Assembly (NCBI GenBank): GCA_013416795.1 | Contig: RQSC01000523.1 | Span: forward strand, 9,494-73,493 | Source: Prasinococcaceae sp. CCMP 1430 | Taxonomy: Eukaryota > Plantae > Prasinodermophyta | DNA length: 64,000 bases | Direction: 5' to 3' | In this document: piece after piece, positions 11,251 to 22,900 of the stretch | How positions within the stretch are numbered: position 1 is the stretch's first letter | How the letters are laid out: each line of letters starts with the position of its first letter | The notes under the pieces: model-generated | The model's input: the letters and a program-made list of their open reading frames with translations, nothing else | Told to the model about the DNA's origin: nothing | The model's database searches: none | Program-made: the position numbers and the translations under genes

Positions 11251-11391
11251 GCGCGAAATTCCGAAATCTCGCGAGCGCGCAAGCAGTACAGTACCAAAGT
11301 TGACGCCACGAACGCGGCGAAGTGCGAACAAATTTCGGGGGCGCGGAGCGAATCCGAATCGAAGAGATCGAAAGCGAAAGAGCGCGCGAAA
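11251..11391. promoter_or_regulatory. Two E2F-like sites (GCGCGAAA) upstream of the CBM20 gene
   Basis: GCGCGAAA at 11251-11258 and 11384-11391, the reverse complement of TTTCGCGC. Confidence 0.3.
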
Positions 11392-11784
11392 AGAGCACAG
11401 CGGCGGAAGGGCGAAAATGAAAAGCGCCGCTGCGGGCAGGCGGATCAGATCGCGCGCGCCAGGACGCGGCCACACGCCCCGCGCGGCGCCAAGCGGGCGG
11501 GCGCCGGACACGCAAGGAGGGGAGGGGGCGGCGGGGGGAAAGGGCTCGCTCGCTCGCGAGGGGGGCGAGAGGGGGCGGCAGTGGCCGCGCCAGCCTCGCG
11601 CGCGCGCGCGCGGCGGGCCTCTTTCTCTCTCTCTCTCTCGCGCGCACACACACCGCCAACCTGCTCCTGCACCGCGCGCGCGTTTTTTTTTTGGAATTCC
11701 TTCCGCGCGGGGCGCGCGATAATTCGCGCGCGAGGAGGGGCGGGCGCCGCAGGCTCGCAGCCGACAGGCGGCAGGAGGGCCGTC

Positions 11785-14700
11785 ATGGCGGCGGCGGTGC
11801 AGCCGCCGCGGCGGATGTCGGCCTCCGCCGCCGCGGGGAGGGGCGGGCTGCCCTCCCCCTCCTCCGACGCGCGGACGGCCGGCGCGGCGCGGCGCCCCGG
11901 GCGACGGCGGGCGTCTCCGAGCCCGCGACGGACGGCTCCAGCGACAGCGAAGGCAGCGACTCGGACGAGCTGCTCGGAGGAGGAGCGCTCGCAACGCCCT
12001 CCGACTCGGTCATCACCGCCGTCGCCAACGACGGCGAGGACTCCGCCCTGGATGACCCGCTGCACATGAGCGGGCGGGCGCAGCGCTACGCGCCGGAGCT
12101 CCCCGACGACTTCTGGAGCGACGACTGGACGGGCTCCCCGCCCAGCGCGGTCGTGCTCGACATGAGCTCGTCCGACGAGGACGGCTCGAGCGTGGTCAAG
12201 CTCAACTTCCGCGTGCCGTGCCACGTGCAGTACGGCCAGCGCGTCGCCGTGATGGGCTCGCACAACGTGATGGGCGCCTGGGACGTCCACGAGGCGGTGC
12301 CGCTGCGGTGGCACGAGGGCGACGTGTGGACGGGCTCGATCAGCGTGCCGGCGGGCGAGAGCTACGCTTACAAGGTCGTCGTGACCGAGGGGAATCGGGT
12401 GGTCCGCTGGCAGAAGGGCGCCAACGCGCAGCTCGCGGTGCCACCCGAGGCCGAGGGCACGCTCGGCGTGTGCCAAGACATCGACGGACAAGGGTGCGGC
12501 GACGAGGACGACTTCGCAGCGCTGTGGTCCAACGAGATGCTGCTCGAGCCGGCAGACGAGCAAGCGTTCGAAGACGACGATGACGACAGCGACGACGACA
12601 TTCCTGACTCCTCGGTGCTCCTGCGCGCGTTTGAGCGCAGCTACAGGGCGTCGCCGGACCCCGATTACTACCAACACGAGGCGGAGCGGATCGACGACGC
12701 CGCCCGAAACATTTCTGAGATCCCAGCCCCGGAGGCAGCGTCGGCTGCTGCCGATCCCTCGTCGGCCGCCGGGGGAGCAAGTGATCAGGACGACGACACT
12801 GCGGCGGCCATCAAGATCATGGGGCGGTACCTCGCCGCCTCGGTCGAGGAGACGCCGTACGTCGATGGATCTGATGACGTGGCCCTCGAGGGGGACGATG
12901 CCGCAGACGACGCAGCGGAGGACGCCGCGTCTGGCTCCGACGTCGATGCGGACGACAGCCAACAAGAGAGGAGCGAGGCCAGAGATAGCTTCCGCTCCGA
13001 CGAGGAGATCGTCATCGATGACATGGACGAAATCGCGGACGCGCTTGGCTGGGACGCGTCGTCCTCGGGCTCTGACAGCGAGCTGGGCATGCCACAGGCC
13101 GCTGTGGATGCTGCCATGGAGGAGTTGCGCGCCGCCTCTAAAGTGCTCGAGGAGAAGAGTCAGGCGGAGGAGGACGAGACGGCCGCCGGGCGCGCAGCGG
13201 GCGAAATCGACGCGAGGGACGAACCACCTTCCGACGTCGATGCCGCCATGCAGGCCACCGTCGATGCTGCGATGTGCGCGGCCGCCGAGCAGCTCAAGAA
13301 AGAAAGCGAGGCCGAGGAGGAGACTGGCACCTCGCTCGCGGGCAGCACGATCAGCTCGAAAGACCAGGCGCTGGAGGAGGAGGCGGATGCCGGCATGCTG
13401 GAGGCCACGAAGGCTGCGACCGAGGCACTGCGTGAGGCATCGAAGGCTGCGGTCGAGCTGGAGAAGGACCTCTCCCTCCTCGCTGCCGAGGGCCTTGAGA
13501 CATCAAAGCCCTGGGCAGCGACGCTCGAGGTATCGACAGCCGAGACCGAGCTTGAAGAGGACGTGCATCTCGTTTTTGCGGAGGGCCTTGGGGAGGCAAC
13601 GAAGGCCGCGTTGCCAACCAAGTGTGTGCGACGCCCTGCGCATCGAGGGCTCTCCGGTGACACTGCTGAGCTCCCCGACCTCGCTCCCGCGGGCTACGCC
13701 GCTGCCATAGAAAAGATGCAGGCGTGCATGGATGAGGGCTTCGTTGAGAGCCAGGCAAAAGCGACAGCGGCAGAAGGGGAGAAGCAGAGCGCCCCAACAG
13801 CTGAGTCCCGCGGCGTCGACAGGATGAGCGACGCTCCCGGGCGCGCTCCCACCGACGCCCCTCCGGCGACGACCACGTCGGAGGAGGAGGAGGCGCCGAT
13901 GCCGCCGTCGCTGAAGCCTTCGCCCGGCGCGCACGCATCCGCAGAGAGCGCAATCGAAGACACTGCTCAGAAAGACGTTGAGGTCGCTCCCGCGGGCTAC
14001 GCCGCTGCCATGGAAAAGATGCAGGCGTGCATGGATGAGGGCTTTGTCGAGAGCCAGGCGAAACCGACAGCGGCAGAAGAGCAGCAGCAGCAGAGTGCTC
14101 CGACAGCTGCATCCCGCGACGTCGACAGGATGGGCGACACTTCTGCGTCGGCTTCGTCGTCCAAAGCGCAGGTGTCAACAGAGGGTGCGGAGCAAGATGC
14201 TTCCAAGAAACACCTGCGTGTCGCTGGCGCGGCTGTGCGCGCGCACATGTCGGAGGCGGACGCACGACGGCGGGAACGGATGAAGTACTACGTGGCACGC
14301 GTCGGGAGGGCGATCAAGAAAGCCAACGGTGCGCCTCGGGCCAAACCAACCACTCCCAATTGCGAGAAGCAACCCGCGGAGGAAGCGGTCGACATGCACG
14401 CAGCGAATCTCAGCGAGGCGAAGCAGACGCTTCACTCGGACGCGCCTGCTGACATCGAGCGGCTCGAGTCTTCCCCCGTGTATGAGCAGCTTCGCAAGCA
14501 GCTCGCTGCGTCCAAGCCCAATGCGGTGCTTGGGACGCCCAATGAAGAGAAGCGGGAGCACTTCTTCAAAAGCGCGTGGCTATGGGCGTCGATGGCCGTG
14601 CCCACCTTCGTGGCATGCGTGGCAACTATCATCAACTCACCAAGAGTACGTCCCTGCCCAGCGAGCGCTTCTGTGCCCACGCACCGCGCTGCCACGAGCG

Positions 14701-15097
14701 CCGCTTCGCAATGTTGTTGCGCTTCGCCGCCGCGTCGCATCGCCGCCAAGTTGCAAGCTTTGCTCGCTTGAGTCAGCCACAGGCGCGTGGACTGCTGACA
14801 GTGCGCCCAACCCCGGAATAGCGCCCGGCAACACTCGCGAGCTTGACGGCGCAGCGGCAGACGCATGCGGCGGCGGCGGTCGCCGCTCCAGCGGCCCTCG
14901 GCTCCGCCGCGTCCACCGCCACAGGAGGCGGCACTTCCGACACCCCCGTGAGCCTGAGTCTCAGCGAGCGCGAGGCCGTCGAGGCGCTCGCGCCCGCAAC
15001 CGTCGACCTGGGCGGCAGAGCAAGGTTTGCACTCGATGGCAGCGAGAGCTCGGACACATTGCTCGCGTCCGCTCAGATGGGCTCAGCGGAAGCGTGA
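11785..15097 (+). CDS. CBM20 starch-binding protein with long acidic region, internal duplication and C-terminal TM segment
   Basis: CBM20 at ~12190-12450 (LNFRVPCHVQYGQRVAVMGSHNVMGAWD..LRWHEGDVW..YKVVV..VRWQKGAN). Main frame open to donor GTACGT at 14646; in-frame acceptor at 14854 or 14860; last exon ends at 15097. ATG 11785 is out of frame with the main ORF; the first in-frame ATG is 12066. Confidence 0.8.
13681..14138 (+). repeat. Intragenic duplication of ~152-155 nt (13681-13832 and 13984-14138)
   Basis: Both copies encode APAGYAAA(I/M)EKMQACMDEGFVESQAK..SAPTA.SR.VDRM.D with near-identical DNA. Confidence 0.95.
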
Positions 15098-15670
15098 TGG
15101 ACGTCGGCGGCGATTGTCGCACACGTACTGTAGGACAAACACATGGTCATCGGCGGCGGGCGCCCATACGAGAGTAGAGAAACGCGGGGTCGCATGCGGG
15201 AGGGCGATACATGGAGACACCGCACGGTGCCCTCACGTAGACACGCGTTGCGCGCGCACATGTGCGTGCATGAGTGGCGCGAGCATCGGTGGCGACACCC
15301 ACTGACCATCGGCACTAGGCTGAGGTTGCTAGCAACAACGCCCGCGCTACTCAACGCAACGTTAAGGCCGGCAGTAGGCCTCGCGCTGTAAGTACCACTG
15401 GAGCTACACACGCGCGGCCACGGGGCATCGCAAGACCAACGGCCACTTGCAAGACGCCGGCCGAGGGGCGCGGGGTGTTTGCTGCCGGACAGATTCGCCA
15501 TCAGACAGCGCGCGATCAACGTACCACGAAACGCTCACGTCAAGCAAGGCCGAACGCTCCGCGCGGGCCGCGCCAAGCAAGCAAGCGACCGACTAGTCGA
15601 GTGCCATGCCCCGCATGGCTCGAGTTGGCATCTTGCGGTGATTACTTCACATGGTATTTGTACAAAGATA

Positions 15671-18600
15671 CTAGTACTGAATCTGCAGGTCGCTCTCGAC
15701 CTCCTTGCCCTTGGCCCGCACCTTGCCGCCCAACAGCATCCTGCCCGTCTTGCCGTCCGCCTTCTGCATGGCGAAGCGCTTCTTGAGGAACTTGGAGGCG
15801 TCCCTGTCGGAGCGGTGGCACAGCACGCGCAGCGCAACCTGTGGACCGACGCTGCTCTGACCGGTCGCGCCGTCGCTGCCGCCGGTGGACACTCGCGATC
15901 CCACGCCATTGCCATCCTTGCCAGACGCGATGCTCTTCCAGTCGTACATATCAACGAGCATGTCCGTAGGGGTCGCCATGAGCGACACGACCGAGCCAAT
16001 GTCCGTCGCGAGCGCCTCGATGGTCTGATCACTGAGTCCCTCTCCGTCAGCACGAAAGAGGTCCTTGATGTCCTCGAGGTCCTCCGATATCTGCGTCGCA
16101 CGCACGACGGCGACGCGGTGCGCGCGGAGCGCGGATGCACGCATCGCGGACGGGCGGGCGCAGGGGTCAGCACACGCGCCCGAGGCAGACGCACACACGC
16201 GCGCCAAGCCATTGGGCGAGCGGGCGGGAGAGATGCGACTTCGGCACGAAAGAAGCGCTGTGGCAAGGCGCGCACCTGCGAAGAGTCCAGGCACGCGAAT
16301 GAGCGCGACGAGCCGCCGTCCAGCAGCACGCGCTTGAGCGCCGACATGGTCCCGCTCGCGAGTGACGATACGAGCGCGTCGCGCGCTGCACGAGACGCCG
16401 CGGCGCCAGCAAGCGCGCCGAGCGCCTCATCGAGCTTGGGCAGCAGTGCTGACCGCGCGCGATTGCGTCCGCGCGCGTCTCGGTCGATGCCACCCGCGTA
16501 TAGCTTGCCCGTCGTTCCGAGCACATCGTTCATCTCACAGAAGACGACCCGGTACGCGGCGACATCGCAGACGTGCGTGCGCGTGCGTCGCAATTGCTCG
16601 TAGGCCTCCGCAAGCGCTTCGGCGCCCGGAGCCGAGGATAGCACTGACGACGGCGGTGGCGCCCCCTCGACGATCTCACCGTCCGCAGCTGCCTTGACAT
16701 GGCTCAAAGGCGCCCTCGTAGCGCACGCGGTCGCCGCCATTCCGATTGCAGGTAGCTGCGAGGCCATGAAGACCATGCTGTTCACGCGCGCACAAAGAGA
16801 GTCGAGCGTGGGCACCAAGGAGACATCCACTAGCTCGTCGGCCACTTCGTGCGAGCTTTCGGTGTTGTGCAGACCCTGCTTGAAGCGCGAGAGCGGGGGT
16901 GGCGGCGGCACGAACGAGTGCGGGTCGGGCAGCTCCGCATCGACGCCGTGCGCGTACGCGACGCAGGCTTTGGCGCAGCCGACCGACAGAAGCTCAGCCG
17001 CGTGCTTCGTTGGCTCCTCAAAAGGCAGCTCAAACTCGGCCAGCGTGCAGAGCGCGTCGCGCCACATGTTGCAGACGTCCACAGCGCTCTGCGATGCGGG
17101 CGCAGGGGTGCCGTCGCCGCCGGGGCGCACCGGAGCGGGGAACTTCTCGACATCAAGCGAGCGCACGGCCCAATCCTTCAAGCGTTGGGCGCGCTCCCGC
17201 GCCCATGTTGCCGCGACCGTTTCGCAGAGCGCCGTCGCCGCCGCAGCCACACCCGCATTGCCAGCGCCCCTCTCCTCGAGGACTTCTGCGAGCGCGGCAG
17301 CCTGGCGGAGGCCCTCGGCGGTTGTTTTGTCCAGACCGTCAGCTGGCACGTAGCCCTCGAGCGCGTGGCCCGCCACGGCATCCATCTTGATGGCGAACGA
17401 GCTCCGCACTCGCGCGACGAGCACGCTGTTGCCCACTCCGTCTGCGCCCCATGCCTGCTCGGCAGCCGCCGCGAGGACGGGTGCAAAGCACTCGGCGTCC
17501 TTCTTCGCCGCGCTGGTGACGGCCGCGATCCACTCGATCGGCTCACCCGTGGCAGAGGCATCGACCGCGTTGGCAAATACTGTCTCGGCGGCCCCTGCGA
17601 TCGCTTGGCAAATGAGATCTGCGTTCGCCCAGCCGGGCTTCTGGCTGTCGGCGCCCGCGGCCTGGGAGCTCAGCAAGAGCTCGGCGAGAGCGCCGGCCCT
17701 CTCCACGTTCGCGGCACACGACTCGTGATAGTCGCTGAGGTGCACAATGGTCCACGCGGACAGATCATCGGCGCACTGGGTCACGTCAAGGACTGCGCCG
17801 CCTCTGAGCTCCCCCGCACCGCTGCCCTCCGGCATCGCCCCTCGGACTGCGGCAGCGGCGAGCTCAAGCGCTCGCGCGGCGGCCCGCAAGAGCTCCCCAT
17901 TCGACGCGCCAGCCCGGCGGTCGGCCTCAACGCATGCCATCGCCACACCAGCCAGATGCTCCGCGCGTGTCATCCCGAGGGCGCCCGTAGCCATCGCCTC
18001 CGCCGCGATCAGCATCTGCTGCGCACCTTCTGCGAGCGAGGTGTCGTCCAGCAGGTCGAAGAGCGACGCTCGGACCGAGGCCGCATGCAGAGCTCGCGCA
18101 AGCTGCGGCGACGTCGCCGCGCCCCACTTCCCCTCCCTGGTGGCCTCCGGCGCCAGCGCCAGTGCGGCCATCACCGCGTCCTGAAACGCCTTGCAGGCCT
18201 TGTCGCGCTCGGCTCGCGCGCTCGCCTTGCCGTCGGTGATAGCGCAGGCCTCCACGCACCACACTGCATGGCCGAGCAGCCTTGCCCGGAGGGCGGCTGC
18301 GGCGACCGCGGTCGTCCATGTGCACGCCTCGAGCAACGGCAGCACGCCCGCCAGGGCGAGGCGCACGCTGCGACGCGTCCACGTCGCGAAGGCCGCTTCG
18401 CACCCGAAGTCCTCGGGGGCAGCCGCCGCGACGAGCGCCGCGCGCGCGGCCGCGAAGCCTGCGGGCGCGCCGCCTCCCGCCTCAACGCGGCCCAGCGCCG
18501 CGCGCAGCCCCTCCGCCTCGCCCGCGTCGACCTCGTGCTGCGTCCGCGACGCCTCGTCCAGCTCGTCCAGCTCATCGAGCCGCGCCCCTGCGGCGGTCAC

Positions 18601-18801
18601 CGCGCCGAAGATCGCCTCGAGATCTCCCTCCTCGCCACTCGCGCCCGCGTCCCTGCCGCCCCCGTCGCCGCGCGCGAGCGTGCGCGCGCGCGCCCCTTCC
18701 TCCCACGCCCCGGCGGAGAGCTCCGCCTCGTGGAGCGCGCCGCCGACGCACGCGGGCAGCGAAGGCGTGCCGGCCGGCGGCCGCGCGGCGACCGCCGCCA
18801 T
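15671..18801 (-). CDS. PATROL1: PATROL1 / DUF810 Munc13-like (MUN domain) tethering protein
   Basis: Exons 18801-16276 and 16090-15671; intron 16091-16275 GT..AG. VLLDGGSSRSF..DSSQISEDLEDIKDLFRADGEGL and ALRVLCHRSDRDASKFLKK match the DUF810 C-terminus. Confidence 0.85.
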
Positions 18802-19537
18802 CGCGTCCGCCCGGACGAGCCACGATCGTCCAAGGCCACGACACGGCACCGCGCCACGCCTGCCTCCCGCAGGATCGGGCGGCGTGCGCGTGAGGGGGTC
18901 GGGGGTAGAGCGGATGGGCAAGGCAAAGGGGGGAGGGGGGGCACCGCGCCGCGTTGCGCCGCGCTGCTGCGCGCGGTGTGGCGTCGCTCGGAGCGCTCGG
19001 AAGCGCGGCCCGCGCGCGCTCGAGGCATACCCCCTTTCGCAAATTCTCGTATTACGTCACCACGGGCGACAAGAGGCGCCGATTCGTAGTCGGATCTTCG
19101 CCTCGATGAGTCGGCCAGGTGGCAGTGCTCCAGATTCCCCTCGCCATGTTTTGGGTTTTGGGTCATTGAGCAGCGTTAAACATAAAACAAAAAATCATTT
19201 CGAATAAACCCTGTTTTGACGCCCAGTTCCCAGCCAGATCACGAGATGACCGTTCGGCCGTTGTTAGGTGTGGTGACGCGCGCGCGCGTTTTCCGTGTCA
19301 TGTTCAGGTTCGAAAGCAGAGGAGGCGAGCGCGCGCGAGAGAGCGCATGCATTCGCGCGCATTGGATGGAAGGAATCTCCCGTGGGTCACGTCTAGTGCA
19401 CATTTGGGTGTGCATTGGGCCCTTTGGCGGGGGCCGTGGCTGTTGCGCCGCGCCCGGGGTTGCGGACGATAGGGTCTGCGCGTGATGCATTTTGACCATG
19501 AGCGAATGAATGCCGGCGTCGGGGGACGTTTGGGTTC

Positions 19538-19559
19538 GGCGCGAAAGCGGCGCGAAAGC
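19538..19559. promoter_or_regulatory. Tandem E2F-like sites (GGCGCGAAAGC x2) upstream of GCNA
   Basis: Perfect 11-nt direct repeat, each copy containing GCGCGAAA, ~360 nt upstream of ATG 19915. Confidence 0.5.
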
Positions 19560-19872
19560 GGGGCGGGGCGGGTGCGCGCCGGGCCAGAATCGCGGACGCG
19601 AACCGCGCGCATCTCCGGATGTTTTTTTTTTTTTTTTTTCCGAGCGGCGTGGTGCGGCGTGCGGCGGGGCGCCTGCGCCAGAGCGCGCGCGCCCGCCGTT
19701 TGGCGGGTGGGGGCCGCGCTGGCGATCGCCGACACGCACAACCACCACCACCAACGCACACACGCGCTCCTCCCGACTCGACCCCCCTTCCCCCCCTTCC
19801 CTTCCCTTCCCTTCCCTTCCTTCCTGGTGCTCTCCCGTGCCCTTGGCGTGGTCGCTCGTGAGCCCTGCTCGA

Positions 19873-19904
19873 CGCGTCGGCGCGTCGGCGCGTCGGCGCG
19901 TCGG
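19873..19904 (+). repeat. (CGCGTCGG)4 tandem repeat just upstream of the GCNA ATG
   Basis: Four exact 8-mers; related GCGTCGGCGCGCAAG units recur in the first codons (ASARK x2). Confidence 0.85.
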
Positions 19905-19914
19905 CGCGCCAGCG

Positions 19915-22900
19915 ATGGACGCGCTGCTGCGCGCATCGGCGCGCAAGGCGTCGGCGCGCAAGGCGGGCAAGAGCGCGGCGAAGACGCGCGGGGTCACCGG
20001 CGGGCGCAAGCTGGCGTGGAAGGGCCAGGGCTCGCTCGAGGAGGAAATTGCCGGCGTCGAGCGCACGCTCGATTTCGGCGCGAGCGCGGCCGGAGGCGCG
20101 GGCGCGCGCGCCACGCGCGGCAGCACTCGCCTCGCCCCCAAGGAAGAGGGCGCCGCGGCGACAGCTGAGCCCGAGCCGCAGGCCGTGGCGAACGAAGCGA
20201 ACGAATCGGTGGTGGAGGCGGTGGCGGACGCGCAGGTTAAGGATGAAATTGACGCGCAGCCTTCTGCTGCCAGCGACGAGGTCGAAGGCAGGGTCGAGAC
20301 GACCGCGCCTGAGCTTGAGGCCACCACCACAGCCACCGCCGACGCCGACCACGGATGCACTGACATGCCAGACTTCGATACGGCGGAAGTCGCCGAGGTG
20401 TCCGAAGCCGCATGCCCCGACGCACGTGCCGCCCCACCTGCCGCTTCGGCTGCGTCCTCTGCGGAGGCGTCGGCGGCGCATGTGGAACAACTGCCGGCGG
20501 AGAGTGCGCATGAGCAGCGCGATATGCACGAGCATGCGGGACAGGTGAGCGCGCCCCCGCACGCCGTGAGCGAGTCGGACAGCCAAACGGCGGCGCGCAA
20601 AGCGTCCACAGAGCATTTCCGCGAGGCAGTGCGTCTGCTTCAGCGCGCAGGCCTCGACGCGCACACCGAGCTGTTCAACCTGATGGAACAGGTGAACGAC
20701 TACGCGCTCAACGACGTCTTTGCGCTCGACAGCGACTGCATGGATGATCTCGCTGCCCGCCTGCCTGCCCCAGTGGATGGCCTCGACGCTGCAGCCGCCA
20801 TCCTCGTCATGGTCTTCGGTGAGGAGGGTGCCCGTGCCTCTCCAGGCAACGGCCGCCGCGCGAGCTCGGCAGGCGCTCCGTCGGCGAGCCCGCCGCTCGT
20901 CGACAAGCAGAGTGGCCGCGTCGTGTTTGCGGATGTCACGGACCTCTTCGAGGAGGAGAGCGCGTCCGACCCGCTCGCCGCTGACAGCTCGGCCCTCGAT
21001 GAAGTGTGCGATGGCCTCGCCGCCATGAAGACGGACTGCCGCGCCGAAAGCACAGCAATCGTGCCCAGCGATGGCACGCCCTCGCCTTTGCCCGTGACGC
21101 ACGAGGCGATGGTCGCCGCGGACACGCCGGCGGCGAAGGAGGCCTTGCTTTTGGCGGCGCAAGACGTCGACGACAACGAGTCTCCCGCAGTGCTCGCCCG
21201 CACGTTCTTTCGCAACGCGCGCGAGCGCAGGCGGCCTGTGATCACCGAGAGCGACGATGAGGGCGCCAATGATGAGTCCGAGGCGGTCGCCGCGAACGCG
21301 AAGACGTGTGCGGAGGCTATTGAAACCGCGCACGCCGTGGGCGCCGAGGACGCGTGCGCTCACGACAGCGATGCTGAGAATATCGCCCCCGCTGAGCCGA
21401 CCGCGTCCATCGATGAGTCTGACGAGGTCAGACGCGAGGGCGATTGCGACTCGGTCGTCATCACCAGGACCCAGCGCAAGACGCAACGCAGCGTCGACTT
21501 TTTGGACGACGCAGTCGATTTGGACCGGTCGGAGCGTGCAGACGAGGCGGGCGCCGTGCCCGCTGCCGCCACTGACGCCATCGAGCGCAAGGCGAGGGTC
21601 GCGTTCGCCGACGTCCTTGAGGAGGCCGCGCCCGAAGGGCACGAGACATCTTGCGACCGGGTGCACCGGTCGCCTGCGCACACCGAGTCCGACCCCTTCA
21701 AGTCAGCCGCCGCCGATGCACCAGGAAGTTCGACCTCAGACGCGTCGATCACCATCTCCGAGGCATCGCATGCCTCCGAAGCGGTCTCTGAGGCCGCTTC
21801 GGATGCGTCGGCTGAGTCGGGCACCTCTGAACCCAAGCCACGGCGGCTGAGTTTCAACAGCAGCCCGAGTGGCTCCGATACAGTGGACGCCGCCGAAGCG
21901 GGCGACTTTGGCGATGGCGGCATTGCCATGGACTCGCCGCCCATCGCGTCGCCCGACGGTCTCGCCGCCTCCGCCGCCGCGACCGCGCCGGTGTCGCCGC
22001 CTGCGGCGGAGGACTCCGACGACGACTTTGTGAGCTGCGACAGCGGCCAATCAGACTCAGATGGAAGCGTTCACGTCGTCACAGCACGCAAAGACTTCCT
22101 GCGTTCCGTACGCCGCAGTAAGAGCGTCGTAATCGGCGACTCCGACAGCGAGGATGAGGGCCACGCTCAGGTGGTTGTAGTTGACGCGGGCGCTGACAGC
22201 GAGGACGATGACGAGGAGGCTATTGCCAATGACTGTGAGGACGACGCGCGTGCTACCATCGAAGCTGTGCGCTTCACAAGCGCGGATGCCGACGCCTCGG
22301 ACTGCGAGGAAGAAGACAGCGAGATGGACGACGAGGAAACCGCCGAAGATCGCGCCTTTATAAACGATGAGAGCGAGGAGGAGGCCTCGGAGTCTGAGGG
22401 CGAGTCGGAGATAGAGATTGAGTCGGAGGGCATCGCCTCAGAGTCGGACGCTGAGTCGGAGGCGGCCGCGACGCCCATCGTGGCCGAGGTGACGCCCGCG
22501 CCCGTCTCATCGACGGGCCGCCCGCGTCGCTCCACGCGCGCGCGCAACACGCCCATGCCGAAGGTCTTCCTTGATGTGAGCAGCGATGAGGAGGATGGCG
22601 ACGATCAGGATGCCTGTGATGACAGCGCCGAGAGTGACTTCGACCCGGATTGTGTGTCTGCCGACGAGGCCAGCGATAGCGACTTCTCTGTCGGCGAGGA
22701 TGGCTCGGCGGACGAGGACACTGGCCCCGGACACCCTGGTCGCGCAGGGACGCGTGGAGGCGCCGACATCCGCACGCAGCACAAGCCTATCAAGCGCAAG
22801 AGCGCGACCAAGGCCACCTCGAAGCCTGACACTGCTAGAAAGAGGGCTGCAGAGGCCGCAGCCGACGCCGCAGCCGCTGCCATTGCCTCGATTGAGATAG

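Noticed and set aside
15073-15519. Minus-strand 148-aa ORF between the CBM20 and PATROL1 genes
   Set aside because: It lies in convergent 3' UTR space, with poor codon bias and no recognisable domain.
19873-19904. Tandem repeats as a CRISPR-like array (also 55572-55631 and 58990-59040)
   Set aside because: There are no spacers or cas genes; these are simple head-to-tail repeats in a eukaryote.
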